This document shows positions 52,114 to 61,701 of a DNA stretch of 64,000 nucleotides, one piece after another. Each line of letters starts with the position of its first letter. The first letter of the stretch is position 1. The notes beneath the pieces are model-generated. The model was given only the letters and a program-made list of their open reading frames with translations, was not told the origin of the DNA and searched no databases. Position numbers and translations under genes: made by a program. Source of the stretch: Escherichia phage OES_C-1; sequence record PQ553088. One strand, given 5' to 3'.

Positions 52114-52283
52114 CCACATAATACGCCATACAGAGGCTCGTTAGAACTTTTAAATTTTATGCGCTTATATTTTATAGTTCCTTCTGCTTTAGCTTTATCA
52201 TGAGACTCTTTAAAGCGTCTCATCATTTCCTCTTTAGAGGAACGAATTTTATTATAATCTATTTCAGAAGTCTGGGTGTTCAT
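52110..52283 (-). CDS. small hypothetical protein (57 aa, below track cutoff)
   Basis: Hand-translated MNTQTSEIDYNKIRSSKEEMMRRFKESHDKAKAEG... Confidence 0.3.
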   Translation of the reverse strand: MNTQTSEIDYNKIRSSKEEMMRRFKESHDKAKAEGTIKYKRIKFKSSNEPLYGVLCG

Positions 52284-52286
52284 CTT

Positions 52287-52493
52287 TCACAGTTGCCACC
52301 ATTTTTTGACTTGATAAGAATCAACCCACACTTTCATATTAGGGTCTGCTCTTACAATAGGAGGATTAACTTCTTTAATTGAACTATCATGGTATTCTTT
52401 TTCAGAAATTTTCACACAAAGATGACCATTCAGAGATTCAGTAAATCCTGCATTAATTTTAAGACGCTTGAATTTTACGTGTGTAAGCATCAA
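52287..52493 (-). CDS. hypothetical protein
   Basis: 68-aa ORF. Confidence 0.45.
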   Translation of the reverse strand: MMLTHVKFKRLKINAGFTESLNGHLCVKISEKEYHDSSIKEVNPPIVRADPNMKVWVDSYQVKKWWQL

Positions 52494-52776
52494 TCATATC
52501 CTCAATCTGCGATCTAGTAGTCTTCCAAAGAATACTAATGAGTTCATCGTTATATGGCTGTTTTAGAATATCCCGACTTTTCTTGATAGCATATTCGTAT
52601 TGAGCAAAATTATTATTTTCAGCTGCGATCTGAGCGTGCTTATAAAGACGATTCAGTTCGCGTTTGTTTTTAGACAATAACTTATTTGCTTTTCTTTCTG
52701 CTTCAAGACGGTTCTTTTCTTCAATAGAAGAAATAAGCTTTTCCACTTCATCATTAATTTCGGGTTTATCAGTCAT
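52459..52776 (-). CDS. hypothetical protein
   Basis: 105-aa ORF. Confidence 0.45.
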   Translation of the reverse strand: MTDKPEINDEVEKLISSIEEKNRLEAERKANKLLSKNKRELNRLYKHAQIAAENNNFAQYEYAIKKSRDILKQPYNDELISILWKTTRSQIEDMIDAYTRKIQAS

Positions 52777-52777
52777 A

Positions 52778-52996
52778 TTATTTCTCTAATATAAAATAAA
52801 AATCATCATCTGTTAAATGATACCGATAGTTTAATTCTACACCATTAGATTTAAAAGCGGTATCATACGGATTTTCTGGGTCAATATCAATGTCAAGAGC
52901 TAAAACTTCCCTGAGATACATTTTAAGTAAATAGGGAATAGCTTCAACTTCAGGTATTTCTTCCAAGAATCCGGAGAGGTTAATCGTTAGCCTCAT
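52778..52996 (-). CDS. hypothetical protein
   Basis: 72-aa ORF. Confidence 0.45.
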
Positions 52997-53537
52997 ATAA
53001 AAAATCCAAACTAGGAGAATCGTCTACAACACTTTTCTTTTCAGCCCCCGGTGTTCTATAGGTTGATTCTTCGTAATGCGTCATTTTATCGTAGATGTCT
53101 TGAATAAAAGTTTCATCTACTAACGCAACCATATCGTCGTCACGACTGTCATAGACATTGTGAACGAAGTAACTATATTTCTTTGCAACTTCCTTACGTT
53201 CTTTTTTAATACGTTGGACGAATGCATTAAAACAAGCTTGAGTTATATACGCATGTGGGTTTTTATATTTCGTTTCATCAAAATTGTGAAGCCCCTTAAT
53301 AGAAGCTTCTATACCATCTGCAATCATTTCTTGTTTCCAAGACTGGGTGTATCCTGAAAAGTTGAAACGTTTAGATAAGCCTTCTGCAATAAGCATAATG
53401 GCTAATCCGATAGTATCATTCTGACGAACTACTTTATTTGGGTCTTTATTATTTGCTAATTCTGTTTTCCAATCAATAATAGCTTGTAAAAGCTCTTTAT
53501 TGTTTACGTAATTATATTTAGGCTTAGTTTCTGACAT
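52980..53537 (-). CDS. 55: late-transcription sigma factor gp55
   Basis: 185 aa from the ATG at 53537 ([24 protein letters not shown]), which has a GAGGTGAAAA RBS. Confidence 0.85.
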
Positions 53538-53615
53538 TTTCACCTCTTAGCTCAATTCATAGATCTATTATATCATAATATTTGAAGATCTATCTTAAAG
53601 CATAGAGGATATCAG

Positions 53616-53885
53616 TTATCTAAGTAAGCAGTATGCTTGGAATACTTTCTCCATCATCTTTTTAAATTCATGAATATCTATATAATGATCATTAATATCA
53701 GCACGATATAAAAAGTCTAAAAACTTTTTATGGGTGTTAGAATATTTACTGCCATTTAATTCAGAAACATGGCTTTCCCAATATCCAACACCAGTCTTAT
53801 TTGGGAAAAATGAAATTTTCATGTATTGGTCAACATAGAAAATACCAAAATTTTCAATAGCAATAGAAATATTAATTAATTTCAT
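53616..53885 (-). CDS. hypothetical protein
   Basis: 89-aa ORF. Confidence 0.45.
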   Translation of the reverse strand: MKLINISIAIENFGIFYVDQYMKISFFPNKTGVGYWESHVSELNGSKYSNTHKKFLDFLYRADINDHYIDIHEFKKMMEKVFQAYCLLR

Positions 53886-54097
53886 GCATTCATCAACTTA
53901 GCCGCTTCAAGAGCTGCATCTAGTGAATCAAATTGGTCAACATATTCAATCAGTTTGCCGTAATTAGCATATAACCACCATTGGCTAAATTCATACTCAA
54001 GGATGAACCCATTTCCTTCAATTTGAGTTAAACCACTGCCGTTTGTATTTACTTCATATCCGGCAAGACGTAAATCGTTAATAAGAGCTTCGTTCAT
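53882..54097 (-). CDS. hypothetical protein
   Basis: 71-aa ORF. Confidence 0.45.
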   Translation of the reverse strand: MNEALINDLRLAGYEVNTNGSGLTQIEGNGFILEYEFSQWWLYANYGKLIEYVDQFDSLDAALEAAKLMNA

Positions 54098-54099
54098 AA

Positions 54100-54426
54100 T
54101 TATGCCTTAGTAATTTTCAGGTCAGCAAATTTTTTCTTGCGTTGATTTTTCATACGACGAATAGTTTTATCGGAAATTTCATGTTTTTGATAAGCTTTAG
54201 ATTCTACACCAAAAGCTTTAACATCAAATTCTGACAAGATATATTGAACTAACAATTCACGGACAGTATTGCGTCCAATTTTCTGATCATTCTGTTTCAT
54301 CGTCTGATGAAGCTCTTTTTCCCATTTATCCAAAATTTGAGGAGTTACAATATCGCCTTTTTCTAGCAGAGAAACTACTTTATCATATGCGTAAGAATTG
54401 ATGGCGTTTTTAATTTGAATAGTCAT
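54100..54426 (-). CDS. hypothetical protein
   Basis: 108-aa ORF. Confidence 0.5.
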   Translation of the reverse strand: MTIQIKNAINSYAYDKVVSLLEKGDIVTPQILDKWEKELHQTMKQNDQKIGRNTVRELLVQYILSEFDVKAFGVESKAYQKHEISDKTIRRMKNQRKKKFADLKITKA

Positions 54427-54464
54427 ACATTATCCTCAATTGCATTAAAATTTATTATCCAAAA

Positions 54465-54480
54465 AAGGGCCGAAGCCCTT
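54465..54480 (-). terminator. C(UUCG)G tetraloop terminator
   Basis: aagggc-cgaa-gccctt with a minus-strand TTTTTT run. Confidence 0.55.
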
Positions 54481-54679
54481 AGCTAAACTGTTTGGCACCC
54501 TTCCAGCCTTCGTACATCATTGCGACTGACAATGACAAAGCTCCTTCACATGCTGCATACTTATTATTCCAGAACCAATTTAGAAAAACTTCATCCTCAA
54601 TACCATTGTATTTCATGTTCTGGAAAAATTTGGCGCGTTCTTCAGCAATTCGCTGCGATAATTTAGATTCAGGATTCAT
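54479..54679 (-). CDS. hypothetical protein
   Basis: 66-aa ORF. Confidence 0.45.
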   Translation of the reverse strand: MNPESKLSQRIAEERAKFFQNMKYNGIEDEVFLNWFWNNKYAACEGALSLSVAMMYEGWKGAKQFS

Positions 54680-54811
54680 TTAAATTTCCCAATTACCATT
54701 TTCATCAATAAATTTAATCCAGTCATTTACTGACCACTTAGTTGTATCGCCTTTTGGAGTAGCATTTAAAGTATATAGCCCTTGCTTAAAAAGCATTCGT
54801 TTGATATTCAT
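54680..54811 (-). CDS. small hypothetical protein (43 aa)
   Basis: Internal ATG of track ORF 54680..54895 with a GAGGAAAA RBS. Confidence 0.3.
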   Translation of the reverse strand: MNIKRMLFKQGLYTLNATPKGDTTKWSVNDWIKFIDENGNWEI

Positions 54812-54818
54812 ATTTTCC

Positions 54819-55112
54819 TCAGCTGTAACGATAGCACTCGTTTGATTTACGTTTAGCAACTCGTTGAGAAATATTATAATCAAAATCATCGTCAATGTAA
54901 ACTGATTTTTTCAACTTTCTTACTTCACCACGTAATTGACGATTCAATTCATTCTTAACCTCTGAATCAACACCTCGCATACGTCGCCATTTATCTGAGC
55001 GAAAAATGTTTTCAACCATATCTTTATGACTTACACCATCAGGAGCTTTACGCTTTCCGAAATAGTCATAATCACGCACTTTTAAGTCTTTACGACGATA
55101 CGTTTTACCCAT
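54819..55112 (-). CDS. hypothetical basic protein
   Basis: 97 aa from the internal ATG at 55112, which has an AAGGAAAT RBS. Confidence 0.45.
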   Translation of the reverse strand: MGKTYRRKDLKVRDYDYFGKRKAPDGVSHKDMVENIFRSDKWRRMRGVDSEVKNELNRQLRGEVRKLKKSVYIDDDFDYNISQRVAKRKSNECYRYS

Positions 55113-55287
55113 GGAGTTTAATTTCCTTAGCAACTGAACTAAATGCAGCACGATCGCAAATCATGCGTTTATGTAACTTGAGTATAATATAGCAAACTTC
55201 AAAACTATTTACATGAGTAACACGAACAGCATTACCATTAATGAGATAATACTGTCCCTTTTTAATTTCTTTATCAACCATAACCAT
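55105..55287 (-). CDS. hypothetical protein
   Basis: 60-aa ORF with its own early promoter. Confidence 0.45.
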   Translation of the reverse strand: MVMVDKEIKKGQYYLINGNAVRVTHVNSFEVCYIILKLHKRMICDRAAFSSVAKEIKLHG

Positions 55288-55315
55288 ATCAATTCCTCAA
55301 AGGCAATTCATATGT

Positions 55316-55347
55316 TAATAATACCACAGTTTGAGCTCGTTGTAAAC
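55316..55347 (-). promoter_or_regulatory. T4-type early promoter
   Basis: Minus strand reads GTTTAC, about 17 nt, GGTATTATTA. Confidence 0.45.
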
Positions 55348-55438
55348 AACTTTGTGAAAATTATTTTAGGGAATGATAAGAAGGGAACGATAGCTTTAAT
55401 ATACAGAATGTGAGAAAGAAGGACCCAGAGGGCCCGTC

Positions 55439-55762
55439 TTAGTCTTCTATGATATCTCTATCATATCCAAGTGAAATGAGAGTTTCTTTGAAATGTTTAA
55501 TGTTCTTTTGTCTAGAATCATTAATGAAAATGACTGGATAACGAATGTTAAGAGATGTGAATCCAGCGCGTTTAGCAAGAGATACAATCAGTGGACGATC
55601 ATACTCAATCTTACCGTTATTTGTAAGAACTTTATAGAAAGTAAAAGGAGCATTGAGCTCCTTTAGAAGTTTTGTAACTGATTGACATCCAGGACAACGA
55701 CCTACTTCATCTGGAATTCCATAGACTTCAATCTTATTCTTTAAGTTCGAGTTTTGTTCCAC
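55439..55762 (-). CDS. nrdH: glutaredoxin-like protein (NrdH-like)
   Basis: CPGC redox motif (KIEVYGIPDEVGRCPGCQSV) in a thioredoxin-fold context; start tentatively placed at GTG 55762 because the upstream extension overlaps the next ORF. Confidence 0.4.
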   Translation of the reverse strand: MEQNSNLKNKIEVYGIPDEVGRCPGCQSVTKLLKELNAPFTFYKVLTNNGKIEYDRPLIVSLAKRAGFTSLNIRYPVIFINDSRQKNIKHFKETLISLGYDRDIIED

Positions 55763-56045
55763 GAGAAATAATTCCTTGATAAGCCCAGTATGGCGGGTTA
55801 ACAGAATCATCGCCAGAATTTTCTTCAGGAAAATAAACCTGGATAACAAATCCAGATGCATCAAAGGTAAAATAAACCGTAGGTAATTCACCTAACAATT
55901 CAGCGCGGTTATTAATTTCTTCGAGTTCTCGTTCTCGTCCAGCCCAAAAACTAGGATTTAGACTACATTCATAGAAATAATAGTCATTACCGAACATATC
56001 AAAACCATTCCAACTCTCTACCACATACCGCTCAAAACTAATCAT
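55734..56045 (-). CDS. hypothetical protein
   Basis: 103-aa ORF. Confidence 0.45.
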   Translation of the reverse strand: MISFERYVVESWNGFDMFGNDYYFYECSLNPSFWAGRERELEEINNRAELLGELPTVYFTFDASGFVIQVYFPEENSGDDSVNPPYWAYQGIISRGTKLELKE

Positions 56046-56047
56046 AA

Positions 56048-56263
56048 TTAAGCCTTTTTATCAAGAACAGCATTCAGTTTGTTAGTAATTTTATCCAGGC
56101 GCTCATTGAACTCGCTAGAAGACAGTCCTTTTTCTGGAGAAATTAAGCTAATCACGAAAAATATAGCAATAAAAGGAATAAGAAAAATAGCTCCAACTGC
56201 CATAAACAAAAAGAACGTTACAGTTGTAAGAAAATCAGCTAAACCTTTACGAAATTTATACAT
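56048..56263 (-). CDS. hypothetical membrane protein
   Basis: 71-aa ORF with hydrophobic core LTTVTFFLFMAVGAIFLIPFIAIFFVISLI. Confidence 0.45.
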   Translation of the reverse strand: MYKFRKGLADFLTTVTFFLFMAVGAIFLIPFIAIFFVISLISPEKGLSSSEFNERLDKITNKLNAVLDKKA

Positions 56264-56378
56264 ATTTTACCCTTAATTGATTAACCAAGCATTGATAAGT
56301 ACTAAACTATACTGCGAATAAAATTCTGGACCAAAATGAAAAACCATATCATTTATAGTATCAATAATATAATTCAGT

Positions 56379-56849
56379 TTAATCATGTTTCCACACCCCA
56401 TCGGTATTTGACCAAAGTCGCTGATTATCTGAACCTCGCCACAGCTTTTTGGTCGGAAGATTTTTCTCATACTTCCCATCAATAATAACATCAACATATT
56501 TAAGCATTTCTAGTTGTTTAATATCTTCAAACTTATATCCTGTCCACAACCAAATGCTTTTATTCGGATAAAGATTTTTTACTGTTTGAACAATGCAATG
56601 AACAACATCTCGGTTATCAGGATAAAGAGGGTCTCCTCCAGTTATAGTTAATCCTTCTATATAATCATTATTCAAACATTCAATTAATTGTTCTAGCGTT
56701 TCACCAGTGAATGGAACGCCATTTCTAGCATTCCATGTTGATTTATTATAACACCCTTCACATTTATGCAAACACCCCGTAACGAAAAGAACGACCCTGC
56801 ATCCAGGGCCATTCACAAAATCACAGGGATAAAATCTATCGTAATTCAT
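56379..56849 (-). CDS. nrdG: anaerobic ribonucleotide reductase activating protein NrdG (radical SAM)
   Basis: 156-aa ORF with CxxxCxxC motif (GCLHKCEGCYN). Confidence 0.9.
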   Translation of the reverse strand: MNYDRFYPCDFVNGPGCRVVLFVTGCLHKCEGCYNKSTWNARNGVPFTGETLEQLIECLNNDYIEGLTITGGDPLYPDNRDVVHCIVQTVKNLYPNKSIWLWTGYKFEDIKQLEMLKYVDVIIDGKYEKNLPTKKLWRGSDNQRLWSNTDGVWKHD

Positions 56850-58663
56850 TGGTGTTTAACCCTATGCATGATTTCTTTATTTTTGCCAAGATTAAATCCG
56901 CGCTCGTTCGGATTTCCCAAATAACCGCAAGTTCTTCTTATTGTGTTCATCTTTTTAGGATCAGTTTCTCCACAAACAGAACAAACAAATCCGTTTTCAG
57001 TAGGAGTCATTTCATGGGTACTTCCGCATGTAAAACATTTATCTACCGGCATGTTAACACCAAAATAATCTAAATGTTGTGCAGCATAATCCCATACAGC
57101 CTCAAGACCTTTTAGGTTATTTTTCATATCAGGAAGTTCAACATAAGAAATGTGACCGCCTGTCGCAATGAAATGATATGGGGCTTCGCGAGAAATCTTT
57201 TCAAACGGAGTAATATTTTCTTCTACTGAAACGTGGAAACTGTTAGTGTACCAGCCTTTATCAGTAACATCCTTTACACTTCCATATTTTTCGGTATCAA
57301 GTTTACAGAAGCGATAGCACAGGTTTTCAGCAGGAGTAGAATATAAGCTAAAAGCAAAACCGGTTCTTTCAGTCCACTGCTTAAGATGAGTATTCATTTT
57401 AGTTAAAATTTCTTGTCCAATATCACGACCGACAAGAATATTCAATTCGTGAATACCAATGTATCCTAAGGACACTGAACTTCTACCGTTTTTAAATAAC
57501 TCAATTATATCGTCATCAGGTTTAAGACGAACCCCGAATGCACCTTCTTGGTAAAGAATAGGAGCAACAGTCGCTTTAACTCCTTTTAAGGAACTGATTC
57601 TACACATCAAAGCTTCAAAACATAAATCCATTCGTTCATTGAACAATTCGGCAAATTTCTGTTCATTGAACTGTGTTCCAATATAAGAATCTAACGCAAT
57701 ACGAGGAAGATTCAGTGTTACAACACCAAGATTATTACGTCCATCAAGAATTTCATTACCAGTCGAATCTTTCCACGCGCTCAAGAAACTGCGGCAACCC
57801 ATTGGAGAAACAGGAATAGATGAGCCGGTGATAGCTTTATTGTTCTTAGCTGAAATAATATCAGGATACATCCTTTTGCTTGCACACTCTAGAGCAAGCT
57901 GCTTAATATCATAGTTCGGATCGTCTTTATAAAGATTAACACCTTCTTCAACGAACATAACAAGCTTAGGGAAAATAGGAGTTATCCCATCACGACCGAG
58001 ACCTTTAATACGATTTTTCAGAATTGCTTTCTGAATCATTCGTTCAGTCCAGTCAGTTCCCGTACCAAATGTAATTGTTACAAAAGGAGTCTGTCCGTTT
58101 GAACTAAAGAGAGTATTTACTTCATATTCATAAGCTTGGAATGCATCGTATACATCTTTTTCTGTTTTAGATTGAGCATAATTTAACGCATCAGCGATTT
58201 GCCATTTTTCTGCATCCTCAATATGTTTTGCATAGGTGCGTTTAACATAAGGAGAAAGTACTTTATCTACATTAGCAAAAGTCGTTCCGCCATATTGATG
58301 GGAAGCAACTTGCGCAGTAATTTGTGCCATAATTGCAGTAGCAACGCCAATTGATTTAGGAGTTTCAATCTGCGCATTACCAAGCTTAAATCCGTTCTCA
58401 AGCATTCCTTTTAAATCTACTAAACAACAATTAGTAAAAGGCAATGATATACTGTAATCTAAATCATGAAAATGAATTAATCCGACGTTATGAGCATTTA
58501 CAATATGGCTTGGAAGAATACTACAAGCGATATGTTTAGAAACAATACCAGCCATTAAATCTCTTTTTGTTGGAAAGACACGAGAATCTTTGTTGGCATT
58601 TTCGGTATTTAATTCTTTATCTTTATTTGAAATAAAATTTAAAACATCTTTCTCTAAAGACAT
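56846..58663 (-). CDS. nrdD: anaerobic ribonucleoside-triphosphate reductase NrdD, uninterrupted
   Basis: 605-aa continuous ORF with C-terminal zinc ribbon (CFTCGS...CSVCGE) and glycyl-radical motif RRTCGYLG. Confidence 0.9.
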   Translation of the reverse strand: MSLEKDVLNFISNKDKELNTENANKDSRVFPTKRDLMAGIVSKHIACSILPSHIVNAHNVGLIHFHDLDYSISLPFTNCCLVDLKGMLENGFKLGNAQIETPKSIGVATAIMAQITAQVASHQYGGTTFANVDKVLSPYVKRTYAKHIEDAEKWQIADALNYAQSKTEKDVYDAFQAYEYEVNTLFSSNGQTPFVTITFGTGTDWTERMIQKAILKNRIKGLGRDGITPIFPKLVMFVEEGVNLYKDDPNYDIKQLALECASKRMYPDIISAKNNKAITGSSIPVSPMGCRSFLSAWKDSTGNEILDGRNNLGVVTLNLPRIALDSYIGTQFNEQKFAELFNERMDLCFEALMCRISSLKGVKATVAPILYQEGAFGVRLKPDDDIIELFKNGRSSVSLGYIGIHELNILVGRDIGQEILTKMNTHLKQWTERTGFAFSLYSTPAENLCYRFCKLDTEKYGSVKDVTDKGWYTNSFHVSVEENITPFEKISREAPYHFIATGGHISYVELPDMKNNLKGLEAVWDYAAQHLDYFGVNMPVDKCFTCGSTHEMTPTENGFVCSVCGETDPKKMNTIRRTCGYLGNPNERGFNLGKNKEIMHRVKHQ

Positions 58664-59475
58664 AATTCTAATTTATCCTTTTGAAATTCTTCGTCTAAAT
58701 ATGGGTTCCAACCCATTTTAAACCTTTTGATGAAATTATCAATTCTAAATTTCGGTAAGTTTAAATCCGCAAAAATAGATGATTTACTTTTAAAATCTGG
58801 ACCTAAATAATCATATAAAATTTCTGCGTATTTTAACCATAATATACAAGTACCAGATTTAATTGCTCTCGGAGTTTTCCAAGGTTTTACACCATACATC
58901 GGATTTCCACTTCCTTTATGCCTGATAGAAGATGAAATTCCAATTTTAATTTTAGCTTCCTTTGTGTGCGAAAATCCATGATGTGGATTTTCTTTCCAGT
59001 ATTTTTTAGAAGCTTCTGATATTTTCTTTCTGGCTAAATTAGTATGATGCTTTCCATAAAATCCATGATTTTTACCTTTATTACGATTTCTTTTAATCAT
59101 GGTTATTGATTGCTTTTCTCTAGTTTCTTTAGAAGGAGAAATACCATACGTTGTAAATTGACCGTCAGCATATGCTAAATTGAAATACTCTTTATTCCAT
59201 ATATCTTTTTCTATATTCTTTTGAAATTCAGCTTCAATGCTAGTTATTTGTTCATCTCCGACTAATTGAAAATATAATATTTCAACTTTCGGCGTTTCTT
59301 TCAACAGGGCTTTTTGAAATTCGGAAGATGACGAAGACGAATAATAAAATTTACCATTTTTATCAATAATATTCGTTCCGTCAAAAGTGCAATTGGTTTT
59401 ACTTCCAATATAATAATATGGCGGGGTTTTAGCATTAATTCTACTAATAAATGATAGTTTATATACTACATTCAT
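58654..59475 (-). CDS. GIY-YIG homing endonuclease, Seg-like, free-standing between 49 and nrdD
   Basis: 273-aa ORF with VVYKLSFISRINAKTPPYYYIGSK (GIY-YIG) and a GSGNPMYG motif. Confidence 0.65.
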   Translation of the reverse strand: MNVVYKLSFISRINAKTPPYYYIGSKTNCTFDGTNIIDKNGKFYYSSSSSSEFQKALLKETPKVEILYFQLVGDEQITSIEAEFQKNIEKDIWNKEYFNLAYADGQFTTYGISPSKETREKQSITMIKRNRNKGKNHGFYGKHHTNLARKKISEASKKYWKENPHHGFSHTKEAKIKIGISSSIRHKGSGNPMYGVKPWKTPRAIKSGTCILWLKYAEILYDYLGPDFKSKSSIFADLNLPKFRIDNFIKRFKMGWNPYLDEEFQKDKLELCL

Positions 59476-59945
59476 TTTAAACTCTTTCTAAGCTGCTTCT
59501 TAAATGAAGCTATTAATTGTGTTTTAGTGTCAGATTCATTATATTCAAATCCTCTTTGAAGCATCTCGGCCATCATTTCCTCTTTTCCTAAACGAGAAAA
59601 TTCCTTTGATTTATCTCCAACAAAGTTAGGGTGAATATTATTTTGGGTGTAATCGGATTTTAAATAAGTAAGTAAATTTTCTAACCATTCAAGATAATCA
59701 ACACCTTGTCCCTTTAAGCCAGAACGATTAAATTTATGCTTCATTTGACCTTCTGCGGCATTGCATAGATTACAAAGCAATCCACGTACCTTTCCTGCTT
59801 TTGGTCCATTTAATTCATGGTCATGATCAAGATGATTAGCTTGAACATCAGGATTTAGTTCTCGTTGGCAAATTAAACATTTACCGTTTTGTGCATCATA
59901 AAATTTCTGTTTTTCTTCTTTATATAATTTGCCAGTCAATAACAT
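59472..59945 (-). CDS. 49: endonuclease VII gp49 (Holliday junction resolvase)
   Basis: 157-aa ORF with Cys cluster CLICQ...HLDHDH...CNLCN. Confidence 0.85.
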   Translation of the reverse strand: MLLTGKLYKEEKQKFYDAQNGKCLICQRELNPDVQANHLDHDHELNGPKAGKVRGLLCNLCNAAEGQMKHKFNRSGLKGQGVDYLEWLENLLTYLKSDYTQNNIHPNFVGDKSKEFSRLGKEEMMAEMLQRGFEYNESDTKTQLIASFKKQLRKSLK

Positions 59946-59951
59946 AATAAA

Positions 59952-59976
59952 ACCCTTACCTTAAATAGATAAGGGT
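59952..59976 (-). terminator. hairpin plus T-run upstream of gene 49
   Basis: acccttA ... Taagggt stem with a minus-strand T-rich tail. Confidence 0.4.
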
Positions 59977-59987
59977 ATTTATTATTT

Positions 59988-60164
59988 TTAAGTATTGTAA
60001 AACATTCGATGCAATCGTTTATACTGTCGAATCATCTTTTTAGTAGGACGAGAATAGGTTCCTACGCAAGTGGTCATATGAGGGTCCGTAGAATGTCCTT
60101 TAATAAAAAGTTTCCAAACCTTACCGCCATTTAACTTTTCAGTATAAACCAATTCGGTTTTCAT
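59988..60164 (-). CDS. small protein sharing its C-terminal 14 residues with Pin (58 aa, below track cutoff)
   Basis: Hand-translated MKTELVYTEKLNGGKVWKLFIKGHSTDPHMTTCVGTYSRPTKKMIRQYKRLHRMFYNT. Confidence 0.35.
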   Translation of the reverse strand: MKTELVYTEKLNGGKVWKLFIKGHSTDPHMTTCVGTYSRPTKKMIRQYKRLHRMFYNT

Positions 60165-60200
60165 TAAAATGTCCTGTCAGAAAAAGAATTTTGAGTTTTT

Positions 60201-60686
60201 TCAAGTATTATAAAACATTTGATGCAATCGCTTATATTGCCGAATCTTTTGGTCAGAAAAAGAAATTTGAGTTTCAAGCCATTCAATGTACTCTGCGGCA
60301 GCTTGCATCAGGTTACCTTCATAGCCATCGTTATTTTCTTGCGCAGCTAATTTAGCTAATGCGTATGAAATACGTTCACCTTGAAAAGAGGCTTCAGGCT
60401 TCTGAACATCTTGGCTAGTTCTCTCTACAACTTCTTCAATTTCGCCATTTTCGACTGATTCAGTATTCCACAAGCACCAATACGTAATTGGCTTATCGTA
60501 GATGTTAATAATCTTTCCGTCGGAAAGTTCAATTTCAATAATTCCAGTATCAGGTTCTATATCATCTTCACATTCTTTTGCAAGTTCACGAACTTTAAAG
60601 ACAGTACCTGCACTAAGTTCCGGCCAGTAATTACACAGCCCTATATCAACACGATTAATTCTAAACCACTTATCTACTGTAATCAT
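60201..60686 (-). CDS. pin: Pin-like protein (in T4, inhibitor of host Lon protease)
   Basis: 161 aa from the internal ATG at 60686, which has a GGAG RBS. Confidence 0.45.
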   Translation of the reverse strand: MITVDKWFRINRVDIGLCNYWPELSAGTVFKVRELAKECEDDIEPDTGIIEIELSDGKIINIYDKPITYWCLWNTESVENGEIEEVVERTSQDVQKPEASFQGERISYALAKLAAQENNDGYEGNLMQAAAEYIEWLETQISFSDQKIRQYKRLHQMFYNT

Positions 60687-60808
60687 GTCCCATCTCCATA
60701 TCAATTAAGTCATTTATCGTTGGTTCATTATATACTGTTTCTTCATCAGTGTAAACCGGTTCTTCCGGCTCTGGCTCTACAGTTTCCCATCTAGCCGCCC
60801 ACCAAGGT

Positions 60809-60979
60809 TTAACCCCGAAGCTTATTAAGTTCTTCATAATCAATCCAGGATTCTAATCCTGATGGCAAATCAGATTCAATTTCCCAAAGAAGCTCTTCAA
60901 TTTTCTGAAGACGATCTAGTTCTTCGGCTGGAATAGTAACCATTGACGGAACTCGTGATACATTAATATCGTAAATCAT
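60809..60979 (-). CDS. small acidic hypothetical protein (56 aa, below track cutoff)
   Basis: Hand-translated MIYDINVSRVPSMVTIPAEELDRLQKIEELLWEIESD... Confidence 0.3.
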   Translation of the reverse strand: MIYDINVSRVPSMVTIPAEELDRLQKIEELLWEIESDLPSGLESWIDYEELNKLRG

Positions 60980-60981
60980 AT

Positions 60982-61197
60982 TTACCCCAATTTAACCATA
61001 CAATCGCCGTATTTCCACTTAGAAATAGACTTTTCACCATTAGAATAATAAACTTCGAGTTTAGCACGATTATTTTTAATTTGAATAACCTTGGCTGTCA
61101 TCAAAGTTCCATACCCATAATAAACTGCAACTTCATCACCTACATATACCGCGCTTCCGCGGTAATCATGAATATAGTCAGTTCCTTCGAGCATCAT
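60982..61197 (-). CDS. hypothetical protein
   Basis: 71-aa ORF. Confidence 0.45.
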   Translation of the reverse strand: MMLEGTDYIHDYRGSAVYVGDEVAVYYGYGTLMTAKVIQIKNNRAKLEVYYSNGEKSISKWKYGDCMVKLG

Positions 61198-61457
61198 TTA
61201 AAATATTCTCGCAGTTGGTCAAATCCACCAATATGACTTCCATCAGGAGCAAATACCTGGGGCATTGTCAAGCCGATTTGAGTATCACGACCTAGTTTAG
61301 TCAGAAGCTCAGCAATTTTCTCATCATCAAAAACACCTTTTTCCGGCATAATGTTGATAAATTCAAACGGCTGTTTCTTCACGGTCAAAAGACGTTTTGC
61401 ATTATCGCAATACACACATTTATGAATGTTGCTATCATAACCATATACTTTAAACAT
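61194..61457 (-). CDS. nrdC: thioredoxin/glutaredoxin NrdC
   Basis: 87-aa ORF with CVYC active site (MFKVYGYDSNIHKCVYCDNAKRLL). Confidence 0.8.
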   Translation of the reverse strand: MFKVYGYDSNIHKCVYCDNAKRLLTVKKQPFEFINIMPEKGVFDDEKIAELLTKLGRDTQIGLTMPQVFAPDGSHIGGFDQLREYFK

Positions 61458-61458
61458 A

Positions 61459-61701
61459 TTATTCCTTAATTCCTAGTACTTGTTTAAAAGTCTCGTCGTA
61501 ATCAAGACTTTGGCCCGTTTGTTCTTTATGTTTGTATATAATATCACTTACTTCTGATAGCATATTTTTATATGAACGAGTTAAAGCAGATTTAAGCACG
61601 CTGTATCTATCAGGAAATTTACCATGTTCATTATAATAAGCTATTGCTAATTCACGGACTGCCTTTTCAGCAGTCTCCATATATTCTTTACGCTTGGTCA
61701 T
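61459..61701 (-). CDS. hypothetical protein (nrdC.1-like)
   Basis: 80-aa ORF. Confidence 0.5.

Noticed and set aside
54819-55151. Long N-terminal extensions of several track ORFs (54819..55151, 12391..12600, 21967..22506, 11336..11842, 26813..27448).
   Set aside because: The extensions overlap upstream genes or promoters and lack an RBS, while internal ATGs have good Shine-Dalgarno sequences and in some cases reproduce known T4 protein lengths.
56846-58663. Looked for a group I intron interrupting nrdD, as in T4.
   Set aside because: nrdD translates uninterrupted for 605 aa with the glycyl-radical and zinc-ribbon motifs in one frame; there is no intron in this window.
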